The notes beneath the pieces are model-generated. The model had not been told where the DNA came from. It worked only from the letters and a program-made list of their open reading frames with translations, and did no database searches. DNA of 64,000 bases from Candidatus Pampinifervens sinense (GTDB taxonomy: Bacteria > Aquificota > Aquificia > Aquificales > Aquificaceae): NCBI GenBank assembly GCA_037927135.1, contig JAXSPP010000007.1, positions 32,001 to 96,000 on the forward strand, in the 5' to 3' direction. Positions 29,414 to 38,905 of the stretch are shown one piece after another; within the stretch, counting starts at the first letter, position 1; each line of letters opens with the position of its first letter. Made by a program: the position numbers and the translations under genes.

Positions 29414-29887
29414 ATGGCTGAAGAAGCAAAGGAGGCCAGGGAGGAGAAAAAGGGGAAGTCAAAGCTAATCTTAATAGTAGGGCTTCTTCTGATAATCTTG
29501 GCTGGTGCCTCTGGTACATACTTTTTCTTCTTTGTCAAAAAGGGTAAAAAGGAAGATAAAGTGCCATTGCCTTCCCAAGTAGGTGTTATGATGGAAGTGG
29601 GCACCTTTACGGTGAACTTGGCTGATAAGGATGTGGATGCTTATGCAAGGGTATCCATAACCTTGGAACTATCCGACGAAAAGGTGCGCCAAGAGGTAGA
29701 AAAAAGGCTCCCCATAATAAAGGATGCCATAATTGATGTTATAAGCAGCAAGACCTCTTCTTTTGTAAAGACACCGGAAGGAAGGGAAAGCCTAAGGTTG
29801 GAGCTTATAAAGAGGATAAACACTATACTCTTTGAAGGCGGTGTAAGAAACATATACTTTACAGAGTTTGTGGTACAGACCACATGA
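29414..29887 (+). CDS. fliL: Flagellar basal body protein FliL
   Basis: N-terminal TM, FTVNLAD, IKDAII, IYFTEFVVQ. Confidence 0.93.
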   Translation: MAEEAKEAREEKKGKSKLILIVGLLLIILAGASGTYFFFFVKKGKKEDKVPLPSQVGVMMEVGTFTVNLADKDVDAYARVSITLELSDEKVRQEVEKRLPIIKDAIIDVISSKTSSFVKTPEGRESLRLELIKRINTILFEGGVRNIYFTEFVVQTT

Positions 29888-30159
29888 CAGACCTCTTCTT
29901 TAACCTTTTGCGCGTTCTTATCTCCTTAGCCATAGTGATAGTCCTTATACTAATCCTCTTGCCCTATCTTGTCCCTTTGCTACAAAAGTGGAGATGGGCA
30001 AAGGAAGATAAAGATTCTAGCGTAAAGCTAAAGAGGATTATCCCAATAGGTAGAAACATGTTCTTAATTGAGCTTGAGATAAAAGGGAGGCTTTTTGTAG
30101 TAGCTATCAACGAAAAAGCTGTAGAGGTAATCTACAAAGATGAAGTGGTTTCTGATTAA
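29884..30159 (+). CDS. fliO: Flagellar biosynthesis protein FliO
   Basis: TM helix plus short beta domain between fliL and fliP. Confidence 0.7.
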   Translation: MTDLFFNLLRVLISLAIVIVLILILLPYLVPLLQKWRWAKEDKDSSVKLKRIIPIGRNMFLIELEIKGRLFVVAINEKAVEVIYKDEVVSD

Positions 30160-30871
30160 CCTTCTGATGATCAGCTTGGCCTTCTCCCAGCAGATACTGC
30201 CAAATGTAGAACTGAGGATAGGAACAGGACAGCTTGATACTTCAATAAGGCTCCTTATACTCCTTACCATACTTTCTCTTGCACCATCCATACTCATAAT
30301 GACCACCTCTTTTATAAGGATAGTTATCGTCCTTTCATTGCTTAGGCAGGCCCTTGGCACACCCACAGTTCCTCCTAACCAAGTAATAATCTCCCTTGCC
30401 CTATTTTTAACCTTCTTCATCATGAAACCTGTGTTTGATCAGATAAACCAAGAAGCCCTTCAACCCCTTTTGAAAAACCAGATAACTGATAGAGAGTTCT
30501 TTGAAAGAAGCACAAGCATAATGAAGGATTTTATGATAAAGAATACACGTAAGGAGAGCCTAAAGGTTTTTCTTGATATGGCAAACCTCCCAAAGGAAGA
30601 AAAGGAGAAGATAAAAAGCCCTAAGGATATCCCCCTTAGCGTGGTAATACCAGCCTTTATGGTCAGCGAGATAACGGTAGCCTTTCAAATAGTATTCCTT
30701 CTGTATCTTCCCTTCCTCATAATAGACCTTGTGGTAGCCTCCATACTCATATCCATAGGTATCCTCATGATACCTCCACAGATCATATCCCTACCCTTTA
30801 AGATCATGCTCTTTGTTCTTGCAAACGGGTGGGAGCTGGTGGTATTATCTCTTGTAAGGAGCTACCAATGA
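30140..30871 (+). CDS. fliP: Flagellar export protein FliP
   Basis: TSFIRIVIVLSLLRQALGT..PPNQV, PAFMVSE, LPFLIIDLVVAS. Confidence 0.96.
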   Translation: MKWFLINLLMISLAFSQQILPNVELRIGTGQLDTSIRLLILLTILSLAPSILIMTTSFIRIVIVLSLLRQALGTPTVPPNQVIISLALFLTFFIMKPVFDQINQEALQPLLKNQITDREFFERSTSIMKDFMIKNTRKESLKVFLDMANLPKEEKEKIKSPKDIPLSVVIPAFMVSEITVAFQIVFLLYLPFLIIDLVVASILISIGILMIPPQIISLPFKIMLFVLANGWELVVLSLVRSYQ

Positions 30872-31137
30872 GCCCGGATATGGTTGTGTCCCTTGGACAA
30901 AAAGCCCTGGAGATGGCCCTAATCCTATCAGCACCAGTCCTTATCATAACTTTCCTTGTAGGTCTTGTAATCAGCATACTTCAGTCAGCCACCCAGATAC
31001 AGGAGATGACCCTAAGCTATATACCAAAGATAATAGCAGCCTATATAACTGTGCTCTTGCTTGGAGCGTGGATGCTGAACAAGCTCCTTGATTATACAAA
31101 GGAGATCATCATCAATATACCCACTTGGCTCCGATGA
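30868..31137 (+). CDS. fliQ: Flagellar export protein FliQ
   Basis: VGLVISILQSATQIQEMTLSYIPK; ATGA overlap with fliP. Confidence 0.95.
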   Translation: MSPDMVVSLGQKALEMALILSAPVLIITFLVGLVISILQSATQIQEMTLSYIPKIIAAYITVLLLGAWMLNKLLDYTKEIIINIPTWLR

Positions 31138-31892
31138 GCCTTGATATAAACACCCTTCTTACCCTCTTTATCATATATGTGAGGGTCCTCAGCTTCCTTA
31201 TAATGGTTCCCATCTTTGGCAAGGAAACTCTACCACCTACCTTTAAGCTCTTTTTAGCAACGGCCATAAGCTTTTCCCTTTTTCTCTACTATGAGATAGA
31301 ACCTTCCCATTTTCCAACGACTGCGCACCTTATGCTTGCCTTTTTGAAGGAGTTTATCTTTGGTTTTACAGCTGGCCTTTTACTTAGGCTCATCTTTGAT
31401 GCTATGCATATAGCCGGTGAGTTCATAAGCGTAAACATGGGGTTAGGTCTAGCAACAGTCTTTAACCCTCAACAGCCTCAAACTACTATAATCTCTTCCT
31501 TTTTTTCCCTCCTTGCCACATTGCTTTTTCTAGCCATAGGTGGTGCGGAGATAATCCTCCTTTCCCTTGGCAAGAGCCTTGAGAAAATTCCTCCTGGCTC
31601 TTTCAATCTTTACGATATAAACCCACAGCTACTACTGGACTTCTTTTATGAAAGCTTCCTTTTAGCCTTTAAAGTTTCCTTACCCATAATAGCCGTAATG
31701 CTACTTTTGAATATAGTGCTTGCTCTGATAAACAGGTTCATACCACAGATAAACGTTTTTATGGTAGGGTTGCCTATACAGATCTTCTTAGGGCTTTTGA
31801 TATTAACCCTTGCCACACCTTTTATACTATGGTCCTTTTCCACCCATCTAAAGGAGTATATAATTAGGTCTATAGCCCTTTTGGGTGGCTAG
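31134..31892 (+). CDS. fliR: Flagellar export protein FliR
   Basis: Hydrophobic; AGEFI...MGLGLATVFNP, RFIPQINVF..G.P. Confidence 0.93.
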   Translation: MSLDINTLLTLFIIYVRVLSFLIMVPIFGKETLPPTFKLFLATAISFSLFLYYEIEPSHFPTTAHLMLAFLKEFIFGFTAGLLLRLIFDAMHIAGEFISVNMGLGLATVFNPQQPQTTIISSFFSLLATLLFLAIGGAEIILLSLGKSLEKIPPGSFNLYDINPQLLLDFFYESFLLAFKVSLPIIAVMLLLNIVLALINRFIPQINVFMVGLPIQIFLGLLILTLATPFILWSFSTHLKEYIIRSIALLGG

Positions 31893-31894
31893 GT

Positions 31895-32941
31895 ATGGCA
31901 CAGGAGAATAAGACGGAGAAGGCCACACCTTACAGGCGTAGAAAGCTTAGGGAGGAGGGAAATGTAGCAAAGAGCCCAGAGCTTGCTTCATCCCTTTTGG
32001 TATTCCTATCATCCATCATCCTCTTCCTCACAGGCGCCTATATCTTCTACGAAGTCTTAAAAATAATCTACCTTGTTATAGAAAACCCCTATTTAGGCTA
32101 TTCTACCATCTTTAGCCTTTTGAGCAAAAGCCTACCATCGCTACTCTTTCCCTTCTTCCTGATAGCGGTGCTTACAGTAGTAATAGCTCATATAGGGCAG
32201 TTTGGCTTCATCTTTACATTAAAGCCCTTACAATTCAAATGGGAAAGGTTAAACCCTGTTGAAGGAATAAAAAGGATCTTTTCCCTTAATGCCCTTTTTG
32301 AACTCATAAAGAACACTCTAAAAGTGTCTATCTTTGCTTTAGTTGCTTATTTTCTCATAAAAGGTGATATTGAGCATATATTGACAACACCCTTTTACGA
32401 CGCGAAAAGCTCCACCCTTTTCCTTCTTAAATTTACCTTCAAGCTGATAATTATCCTTAGCCTTCTTGCCATATTTATATCAATCCTAGATTACGGCTAT
32501 AAAAGATGGGACTATGAGAGGAGGATAAGGATGAGTAAAGAGGAGGTAAAGGAGGAGTATAAACAGCATGAGGGAGATCCTCTCATAAAGAGCGCTATTA
32601 GAAAGAGGATGAGACAGCTTGCGCGCGGAAGGATGATGAAGGAAGTGCCAAAGGCAAGCGTAGTCATAACAAACCCAGTTCATATAGCCATAGCCCTAAG
32701 GTATGATCCAGAAAAGGGGGATAAAGCTCCGAGGGTTTTGGCAAAGGGTAAAGGATCTGTAGCAGAAAAGATAGTTCAGATAGCACAAGAACATGGCATT
32801 CCAATAATTAGAAAAGAAGAGTTGGCAAGGGCCATGTATCCTTTGGTTGAAGTGGGTGAAGAGATACCTCCAAAGTTCTACAGAGCTGTGGCAGAGATAA
32901 TAGCCTTTATAATGTTTAGAAAGAAGAGGGTGGCCGTATGA
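31895..32941 (+). CDS. flhB: Flagellar export protein FlhB
   Basis: KTEKATP.R, MSKEEVKEEYKQ.EGDP, NPVH autocleavage motif (NPTH variant). Confidence 0.95.
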   Translation: MAQENKTEKATPYRRRKLREEGNVAKSPELASSLLVFLSSIILFLTGAYIFYEVLKIIYLVIENPYLGYSTIFSLLSKSLPSLLFPFFLIAVLTVVIAHIGQFGFIFTLKPLQFKWERLNPVEGIKRIFSLNALFELIKNTLKVSIFALVAYFLIKGDIEHILTTPFYDAKSSTLFLLKFTFKLIIILSLLAIFISILDYGYKRWDYERRIRMSKEEVKEEYKQHEGDPLIKSAIRKRMRQLARGRMMKEVPKASVVITNPVHIAIALRYDPEKGDKAPRVLAKGKGSVAEKIVQIAQEHGIPIIRKEELARAMYPLVEVGEEIPPKFYRAVAEIIAFIMFRKKRVAV

Positions 32942-33165
32942 GTGAAATGGGAAAACTTTTAGTATTTTTAGGCTTTATCCTCATAATTCTAGGCCTTTTT
33001 CTGACCTTTTTTGAAAAACTGCCCTTTGGCCTTGGGAGATTGCCTGGAGATATACTCATAAAAAGGGATGGATTTACCTTCTATTTTCCAATAGCCACTT
33101 CCCTTCTTATCAGTCTCCTTCTTTCCCTCCTTCTTATGCTTCTAGTTAATATACTTAAAAAATAG
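32938..33165 (+). CDS. DUF2905 family small membrane protein
   Basis: LGRLPGDI.I....FTFYFPIATSLLISLLLS. Confidence 0.85.
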   Translation: MSEMGKLLVFLGFILIILGLFLTFFEKLPFGLGRLPGDILIKRDGFTFYFPIATSLLISLLLSLLLMLLVNILKK

Positions 33166-33243
33166 TGGCGGAGCCGACGGGATTTGAACCCGCGCCCTCC
33201 GGCTTGACAGGCCGGCGTTCTAACCGGGCTGAACTACGGCTCC
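33166..33243 (-). tRNA. tRNA-Asp (GTC)
   Basis: Minus strand GGAGCCGTAGTTCAG...CCGGCCT-GTC-AAGCCGG...GGTTCAAATCCC...GGCTCCG-CCA; cloverleaf with encoded CCA. Confidence 0.97.
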
Positions 33244-33260
33244 TACAGATTTATATTATA

Positions 33261-33575
33261 TCATTTTCTTAATAAAAGGGAAGCTAATCTTTCTATCTCT
33301 GAAGCCAGTCCAAAATCCCTATCTGTGATGCCACCCGCTTCGTGCGTAGTCAGCTTCACTTTTACCTTTTTGTAGCTTACTTCTAAATCAGGATGATGCC
33401 AATGAGCTTCTGCAAGACCCGCTATCGTATTAAACAGAAGAACCGTTTCCTTCCAATTCTTTGTATCATAGTCTCTAACCAGGAAATTACCTTCATACCT
33501 CCAGCCAGGAATATCCTTTAGCCTCTCCTCTATCTCTTCCTTGGAATAAGTTTTTAGCTTTCCTTCTGTTGACAT
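33261..33575 (-). CDS. Pterin-4-alpha-carbinolamine dehydratase
   Basis: AE...HHPD, LTTHEAGGIT.RD..LA; start uncertain. Confidence 0.9.
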   Translation of the reverse strand: MSTEGKLKTYSKEEIEERLKDIPGWRYEGNFLVRDYDTKNWKETVLLFNTIAGLAEAHWHHPDLEVSYKKVKVKLTTHEAGGITDRDFGLASEIERLASLLLRK

Positions 33576-33982
33576 TGCGGACAAAGGCCATATATATGCA
33601 CTGAATAGTTATAAACCTTGTATCCTTCCATATACTGTGGAAGATTCCAATCTATGCTAAACTCTACATCCTTTATAGCTCCACATTGCACACATATAAG
33701 ATGATGATGGTCGCTCACATTAGCATCATAGCGCACAGACCCACCCCAGTAGGCCACTTTTTTCACAAAGCCCAGTTCTTCAAGCGTTTCCACCGTTCTG
33801 TACACTGTCGCAAGAGATACAAAGGGATATTTCTTCTTTATCTCATTGTATATGTCCTCCACAGTAGGATGGTCATCCCTGCTTAGGAGCACTTCATACA
33901 CCGCCATCCTCTGGGGCGTAATCTTTAGCCCCATATTCTTACAAGCATCTATAAACTCCTTAATCCTTTCCTCCTTAAGCAT
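33554..33982 (-). CDS. Fur/PerR family transcriptional regulator
   Basis: TPQR, HPT.E.IY, SLATVYRT, HHHLICxxC, CxxC. Confidence 0.92.
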   Translation of the reverse strand: MLKEERIKEFIDACKNMGLKITPQRMAVYEVLLSRDDHPTVEDIYNEIKKKYPFVSLATVYRTVETLEELGFVKKVAYWGGSVRYDANVSDHHHLICVQCGAIKDVEFSIDWNLPQYMEGYKVYNYSVHIYGLCPQCQQKES

Positions 33983-34004
33983 AGGTATATAATATAAACC
34001 ACAT

Positions 34005-34023
34005 GCTAATAATTTTCAATATC
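34005..34023 (-). promoter_or_regulatory. Fur-box-like operator overlapping the -35 of the Fur-family gene
   Basis: GATATTGAAAATTATTAGC matches GATAATGATAATCATTATC at 15/19; contains TTGAAA, with TATATT 17 nt downstream. Confidence 0.6.
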
Positions 34024-34032
34024 ATATATTAC

Positions 34033-35112
34033 CTATCTTAGCTTCAGTGTTGCCAAGGTCAATATACCAAGCAGGATAGATATGATCCACATCCTTACCA
34101 CTATCTTTGACTCTGGAACTCCGGAAAGTTCAAGATGGTGGTGAAAGGGAGCCATCTTGAAAAGCCTTTTACCTTTCGTAAGCTTAAAGTATGCCACTTG
34201 AAGTATTACAGAAAGCGTCTCAAAAACAAAGATGCCACCAGCTATAGGAAGCAAAAGCTCTGATTTGGAAACCAAGGCTATAACCCCTAGTCCAGCACCC
34301 AAAGAAAGAGCACCTACATCTCCCATAAAAAGCTGTGCGGGAAAGGCATTAAACCATAGAAAGCCAAGCCCTGCACCCACTATGGCAAAGCACAAAATGG
34401 TAAGGTCTCCAGCGTAAGGTACATAGGGAATGTTAAGGTAGTCGGCTATCTTCATATGACCTGTTGCATAAGCTACTATTCCAAGGCTTGCAGCCGTAGT
34501 CATAACAGGTCCAATGGCAAGGCCATCAAGCCCATCGGTAAGATTTACAGCGTTTGATGTGGCCACTATAACAAGCACTGCAAAAGGTATGTAAAGGATG
34601 CCTAAGTCAATCTGTAGGTTTTTAAACAGAGGAAAGTAGATCTTTGTGTCTATATCACCATACAAGTAGATAAAAAGGGCTGTTATACTAGCTACGACCA
34701 CTTGCGCTAAAAACTTCTTCTTTCCAGATATACCTTTTTTGTTCTTTAGCTTTACCACATCATCCCAAAGGCCAATGAGGGCAAAGCCAAGAATGCAAAA
34801 GGTTATTATCCAAAAGTACAAAAGGTCAAGCCTCATAAGTAGGAAAGAAGAAAAGAGAACAGAGAGCACTATAATAAGACCACCCATCGTAGGAACATAT
34901 CTCTTTACCAAATGTCCTTCCGGCGTATACTCCCTTATATAGCCTTTAAAAAGCCTTTGTATGGCTTTCATCTTCTTCATAAAGATGGGTGTAAGTATGA
35001 GCGTTATTGTAAAAGCTATAAACACTGCTAAAAAGGACCTAAAGGTTATGTATTTGAACACATTGAAGGCGAAGAAGTAATCCCTAAGGTAAAGGGCCAA
35101 ATGGTATAGCAT
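34033..35112 (-). CDS. mraY: Phospho-MurNAc-pentapeptide transferase
   Basis: [40 protein letters not shown]. Confidence 0.97.
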   Translation of the reverse strand: MLYHLALYLRDYFFAFNVFKYITFRSFLAVFIAFTITLILTPIFMKKMKAIQRLFKGYIREYTPEGHLVKRYVPTMGGLIIVLSVLFSSFLLMRLDLLYFWIITFCILGFALIGLWDDVVKLKNKKGISGKKKFLAQVVVASITALFIYLYGDIDTKIYFPLFKNLQIDLGILYIPFAVLVIVATSNAVNLTDGLDGLAIGPVMTTAASLGIVAYATGHMKIADYLNIPYVPYAGDLTILCFAIVGAGLGFLWFNAFPAQLFMGDVGALSLGAGLGVIALVSKSELLLPIAGGIFVFETLSVILQVAYFKLTKGKRLFKMAPFHHHLELSGVPESKIVVRMWIISILLGILTLATLKLR

Positions 35113-35113
35113 T

Positions 35114-35686
35114 TTAGCACCTGTTCCTGCTTAGAAGTCTGTCAAGTATGATGGCAACGGCGTTCCTCACGGAAAGATGGTTCCAGTCTCCAGCGCCATA
35201 TATGGGTTCAAGTATGTAATCAAAGGTGTTCATAAGGGATGGTGGAATGCCATAACCTGTACCAAAAACTATCAAAAAGTCCCTTTCTCTTTTATGTATC
35301 TCCTCCGAGAGCCATCTGTAAGATATGGTATTAGGGTATTTTCTAGCGTCTGTGCCAACGATTACCGGCTTTTTTCCCCTTGTTGCTATTATGTCTTCAA
35401 CCACTTCTTCAAAGGTATAGCATAGTTTTACAAGTCTTACCACTTCATTCCTTGTAGGGTTTGTCTTTTTCCCTTCCTCCGAAAGCCAATAGTCTATCTG
35501 CTTTTTAATTACCATCCTTTGACCATCAACCGGTTGGACTATATAGTAGGTATTTATCTCATAGGCCCTTGCAGGCCTTGCAATATCATGAAGGTCCATG
35601 GTGGTAAAGGAGGTTATAATGGTCCTCCCTTCCTTATCCATGGCTGGAAAGTGGAGGAGGGCGATAAAAACGTTATGGTTTATCAT
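35114..35686 (-). CDS. Predicted SPOUT-class RNA methyltransferase
   Basis: [35 protein letters not shown]. Confidence 0.8.
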   Translation of the reverse strand: MINHNVFIALLHFPAMDKEGRTIITSFTTMDLHDIARPARAYEINTYYIVQPVDGQRMVIKKQIDYWLSEEGKKTNPTRNEVVRLVKLCYTFEEVVEDIIATRGKKPVIVGTDARKYPNTISYRWLSEEIHKRERDFLIVFGTGYGIPPSLMNTFDYILEPIYGAGDWNHLSVRNAVAIILDRLLSRNRC

Positions 35687-35704
35687 AGATCATTTATTAT
35701 AACA

Positions 35705-37543
35705 CTAAAACTCAACTCTAACCGCAACTCCATGCAACTTTCCATGGGGAAACCTATAGAATTCTACAAAACTGGGGGTAGAACGTTTAATCCAGCTAAA
35801 GATTTTCCATGGGAGTCTATCCGTATATATGTGTTCAACACCGTAGAAGATAACCCTTTCCCTTATTCCAACCTTTGAGAGTTCTTTATCAATATCCAAA
35901 ACCTCCATATATCCATACCTTATCTCAACGAGCCTGAGGCCTTCAGCTATGCTTCCTTTTACAAAAGTCTCTGTACCAAAAGGTTCATCCTTTTTTATTA
36001 AAGAGAGAAATACATTATCCTCGTATAGTATGCCGTGGTCAAACATGGTTTGTATAACGTAGGGAGGTATAGCCTTTAAATCCCTTATCAAAAATATAGC
36101 TGTGCCTTCTATCTTTGGCGAGCTTTTGTAAACATCTTCAAATTCAATAACAAACTCTTTAAATGGTTTAAATCTCATTTTTTTGTAAAGTTTTTCCTGA
36201 CCTTTTATATAAAGCGTCATTACAGATAGAGGCACAGAAGCAAAGAGGATGGACCAGTATGCACCGTGAGGTATTTTTGTAATATTGGATAACCAAAAAA
36301 CTATATCTACAAGGAATAAGATGATGGAAATAAAGAAATGGAAAAAGGATTTTTTAAACAAGTAAATCATCATAAGGAAAAAACCAGTTATGCTCATTGT
36401 TGTTATAACAGCAAAGCCGTAAGCTGCAGCCATATTGTCTGAAGTTTTGAAGTTGAAATACATAAATATAACACCCAACATTAAGGCCCAATTTACCGCT
36501 GGTATGTATATCTGCGTGCTTATCTCTGTAGATGTGTGTTTTACATTAAGAAGTGGAGCTATCCTTGTGTTTATGGCCTGAAATACAATGGAAAATACAC
36601 CGCTTATGAGAGCTTGGGAGGCTATGATGCCGGCTATTATTACGAGTAAAAGAAAAGGTACATAAAACCTATCTCCTAGCAATGCCTTTGCTGATGCAAA
36701 AAATACGGACTGTCCCTCTACATTGTTGTTAAGTATGACAAAGGCCACCTGTCCAAGATAGTTTAAAGTTAGCATAAAAAACACAAAGACCCATGCCCTT
36801 CTTATAGAGACTCTTCCAAGATGTCCCATATCTGCGTATAGGGCCTCTCCTCCTGTAGCTGCCAAAATAACCTCAGATAAAGCTATAAAGCCTTTCAGCG
36901 GGTTTGATATTAAAAACTCAATGGCGTAGTGGGGACTAAGGGCTTTTATGACCTGTGGTGCTTGTAAAATATAGTAAAGTCCTATTATACCTATGGAAGT
37001 AAACCAAAGGACCATTATGGGTCCAAAGAAACTGCCTATCTTGCCCGTTCCCTTACTTTGAATGGAAAAGAGTGCTATTGTTATGATTATGGCTATGAGA
37101 ATTACTTCCGATTGGGGCATGTTTTCAAAGCCAGGGATAAGCCTTATACCCTCGGAAGAGCTTAGGATGGTTATGGCTGGTGTGATTACACCATCTCCCA
37201 TAAGGAAGCTAAGGCCCAATACTATGAAAGCCCTATAAAGTTTTCTAAGTTTTTGGTTTTTTGTGAGAGACTTGGCTATTTCACCCAAAACTACTATTCC
37301 ACCCTCCCCTTTTATGCTCAGGTTCATGGCAAGCCATGCATACTGTACAGAAACCAGTATGATTAGCGTCCAAATAATGAGGGATGCTATGCCTATCATC
37401 TGATCCTTTTCTGGCTTTGTGAGTAGCATGAGGACTGTTAGTGTATATATTGGGCTTGTTCCAATGTCGCCAAAGACTGCCCCAATGGCCCTTATAATAT
37501 CCCTTATCTCTTTTAACATTCCAAACAGATACATTTTAAACAT
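35705..37543 (-). CDS. kup: KUP/HAK/KT potassium transporter
   Basis: VFGDIGTSP.Y, GEGG, GDGVITPAI, TGGEALYADMGH, QIYIP, AAAYG. Confidence 0.93.
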   Translation of the reverse strand: MFKMYLFGMLKEIRDIIRAIGAVFGDIGTSPIYTLTVLMLLTKPEKDQMIGIASLIIWTLIILVSVQYAWLAMNLSIKGEGGIVVLGEIAKSLTKNQKLRKLYRAFIVLGLSFLMGDGVITPAITILSSSEGIRLIPGFENMPQSEVILIAIIITIALFSIQSKGTGKIGSFFGPIMVLWFTSIGIIGLYYILQAPQVIKALSPHYAIEFLISNPLKGFIALSEVILAATGGEALYADMGHLGRVSIRRAWVFVFFMLTLNYLGQVAFVILNNNVEGQSVFFASAKALLGDRFYVPFLLLVIIAGIIASQALISGVFSIVFQAINTRIAPLLNVKHTSTEISTQIYIPAVNWALMLGVIFMYFNFKTSDNMAAAYGFAVITTMSITGFFLMMIYLFKKSFFHFFISIILFLVDIVFWLSNITKIPHGAYWSILFASVPLSVMTLYIKGQEKLYKKMRFKPFKEFVIEFEDVYKSSPKIEGTAIFLIRDLKAIPPYVIQTMFDHGILYEDNVFLSLIKKDEPFGTETFVKGSIAEGLRLVEIRYGYMEVLDIDKELSKVGIRERVIFYGVEHIYTDRLPWKIFSWIKRSTPSFVEFYRFPHGKLHGVAVRVEF

Positions 37544-38312
37544 AGCCCAAAAGCTCCCTTAGCTTTTTGAAGGGATCTTGGCTTTTCATAAGGCTTGTGC
37601 CAACTAGGAAGGCATCCACTCCAAGGTTTTCCAGCTTTAGGATCTGCTCCCTATTTTCTATGCCACTTTCGGCGATCACAAACCTTGCACCCATCTCCTT
37701 TATCTTTGGTGCAAGTCTTTCCGATAGGCTTACATCCACCTTTAAAGTATCAAGGTCCCTGTTGTTTATACCTATTATGTGTGCTCCTGCCTTTAGGGCC
37801 CTTTCTGCCTCCTCAAGGGAAAAGACCTCCGCTATATGGGAGAGGCCAAGCTCCTTTGAATAATCAAGAAGATCCTTCAAAAGGCTATCCTCAAGGATTC
37901 TTACTATAAGCAAAACTATATCTCCGCCGTAGGCCTTTGCCTCAAGCACCTGCACTGGATGTAAAATAAAGTCCTTTCTAAGCAATGGCAGACTCACTGC
38001 CCTTCTTACCTCAAGGAGGTCCTCCAATGAACCGTTAAAAAAGCTTCTATCTGTAAGAACAGAAATGGCAATAGCTCCAGCTTTCTCATAGACCTTTGCC
38101 TGGTCTGCTGCGCACACATCCTTTATCTTGCCCTCCGATGGCGAGGCCCTTTTTACCTCTGCAATTATCCTTGTCCTACAGGAGGTTAAGGCCTTCTCAA
38201 AAGGGTAGTAGTCTTTTCTCTCCTTTATAAGGCCTTCAAGCTCTTTTATATACTCTGAAGAGGTGTTTATCTCCTTCCTCTTTTGCTCAAGTATCCTTTC
38301 TAAGACTCCTAT
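37536..38312 (-). CDS. trpC: Indole-3-glycerol phosphate synthase (probable ATA start)
   Basis: IIAEVKRASPS.G lies upstream of the tracked ORF, in frame; ISVLTD, LRKDFI, IGINNRDL, AESGI. Confidence 0.92.
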   Translation of the reverse strand: MGVLERILEQKRKEINTSSEYIKELEGLIKERKDYYPFEKALTSCRTRIIAEVKRASPSEGKIKDVCAADQAKVYEKAGAIAISVLTDRSFFNGSLEDLLEVRRAVSLPLLRKDFILHPVQVLEAKAYGGDIVLLIVRILEDSLLKDLLDYSKELGLSHIAEVFSLEEAERALKAGAHIIGINNRDLDTLKVDVSLSERLAPKIKEMGARFVIAESGIENREQILKLENLGVDAFLVGTSLMKSQDPFKKLRELLGYV

Positions 38313-38896
38313 GGATAGACCCTCCTGTATCCCTTTCCTTCCTTCTTGTATATGGCTTCTACGCCAAAGCCTTCCCTTTTTAGCTCTTCATATATTTCCT
38401 TGGCCTTTCCAAAGCCATACACAGCCAAAACTACTCCACACCTTGGGTCTATCTCATCGGGTATGGGTATAAGCTTTGCTTTTCCTTTAAGGTGCTTTTC
38501 TGCCCTTGTGCCTTCCGATATTGCCGTAAAGGTTATAAAGTGGTCTGGCTTTTTGCTAAAAGGGTTTATCTGCATGAGTATATGCCTTATGTGAAGCTTT
38601 ACACCCAGAGAGTGGAACTTTATCCAATACCAAAGACTCGGCTCTATAGCCTGAGACCTCTTCCTCAAAACTGCCACAACCTTGCCGTCCTCCTTTTTGA
38701 GTTTGACAAGCTCGTTGCCCGTTTGCATACACCAGCTCATAATGTCCCTTTCAAAGCCTGGGTCTGTAGAGATGACAATAAGAATTTGCCCTTCTTTCAT
38801 CTTTCTCATCTTCTCCGATGTTATAACCACAGGTAGTGGGCACATAAGCCCAGTTAAATCAAGGTACTCTTCTTTCAATTCATCTACCACCCTCAT
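38309..38896 (-). CDS. TusA/SirA-like sulfur carrier fused to a DUF3343-like domain
   Basis: LDLTGLMCPLPV, STDP; C-terminal LIPIP.EI...CG. Confidence 0.75.
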   Translation of the reverse strand: MRVVDELKEEYLDLTGLMCPLPVVITSEKMRKMKEGQILIVISTDPGFERDIMSWCMQTGNELVKLKKEDGKVVAVLRKRSQAIEPSLWYWIKFHSLGVKLHIRHILMQINPFSKKPDHFITFTAISEGTRAEKHLKGKAKLIPIPDEIDPRCGVVLAVYGFGKAKEIYEELKREGFGVEAIYKKEGKGYRRVYP

Positions 38897-38905
38897 GGCT
38901 CCACC

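Noticed and set aside
33166-33243. tRNA-Asp as integration site of an island
   Set aside because: No integrase, no duplicated tRNA 3' end noticed in the window, and the flanking genes are ordinary.
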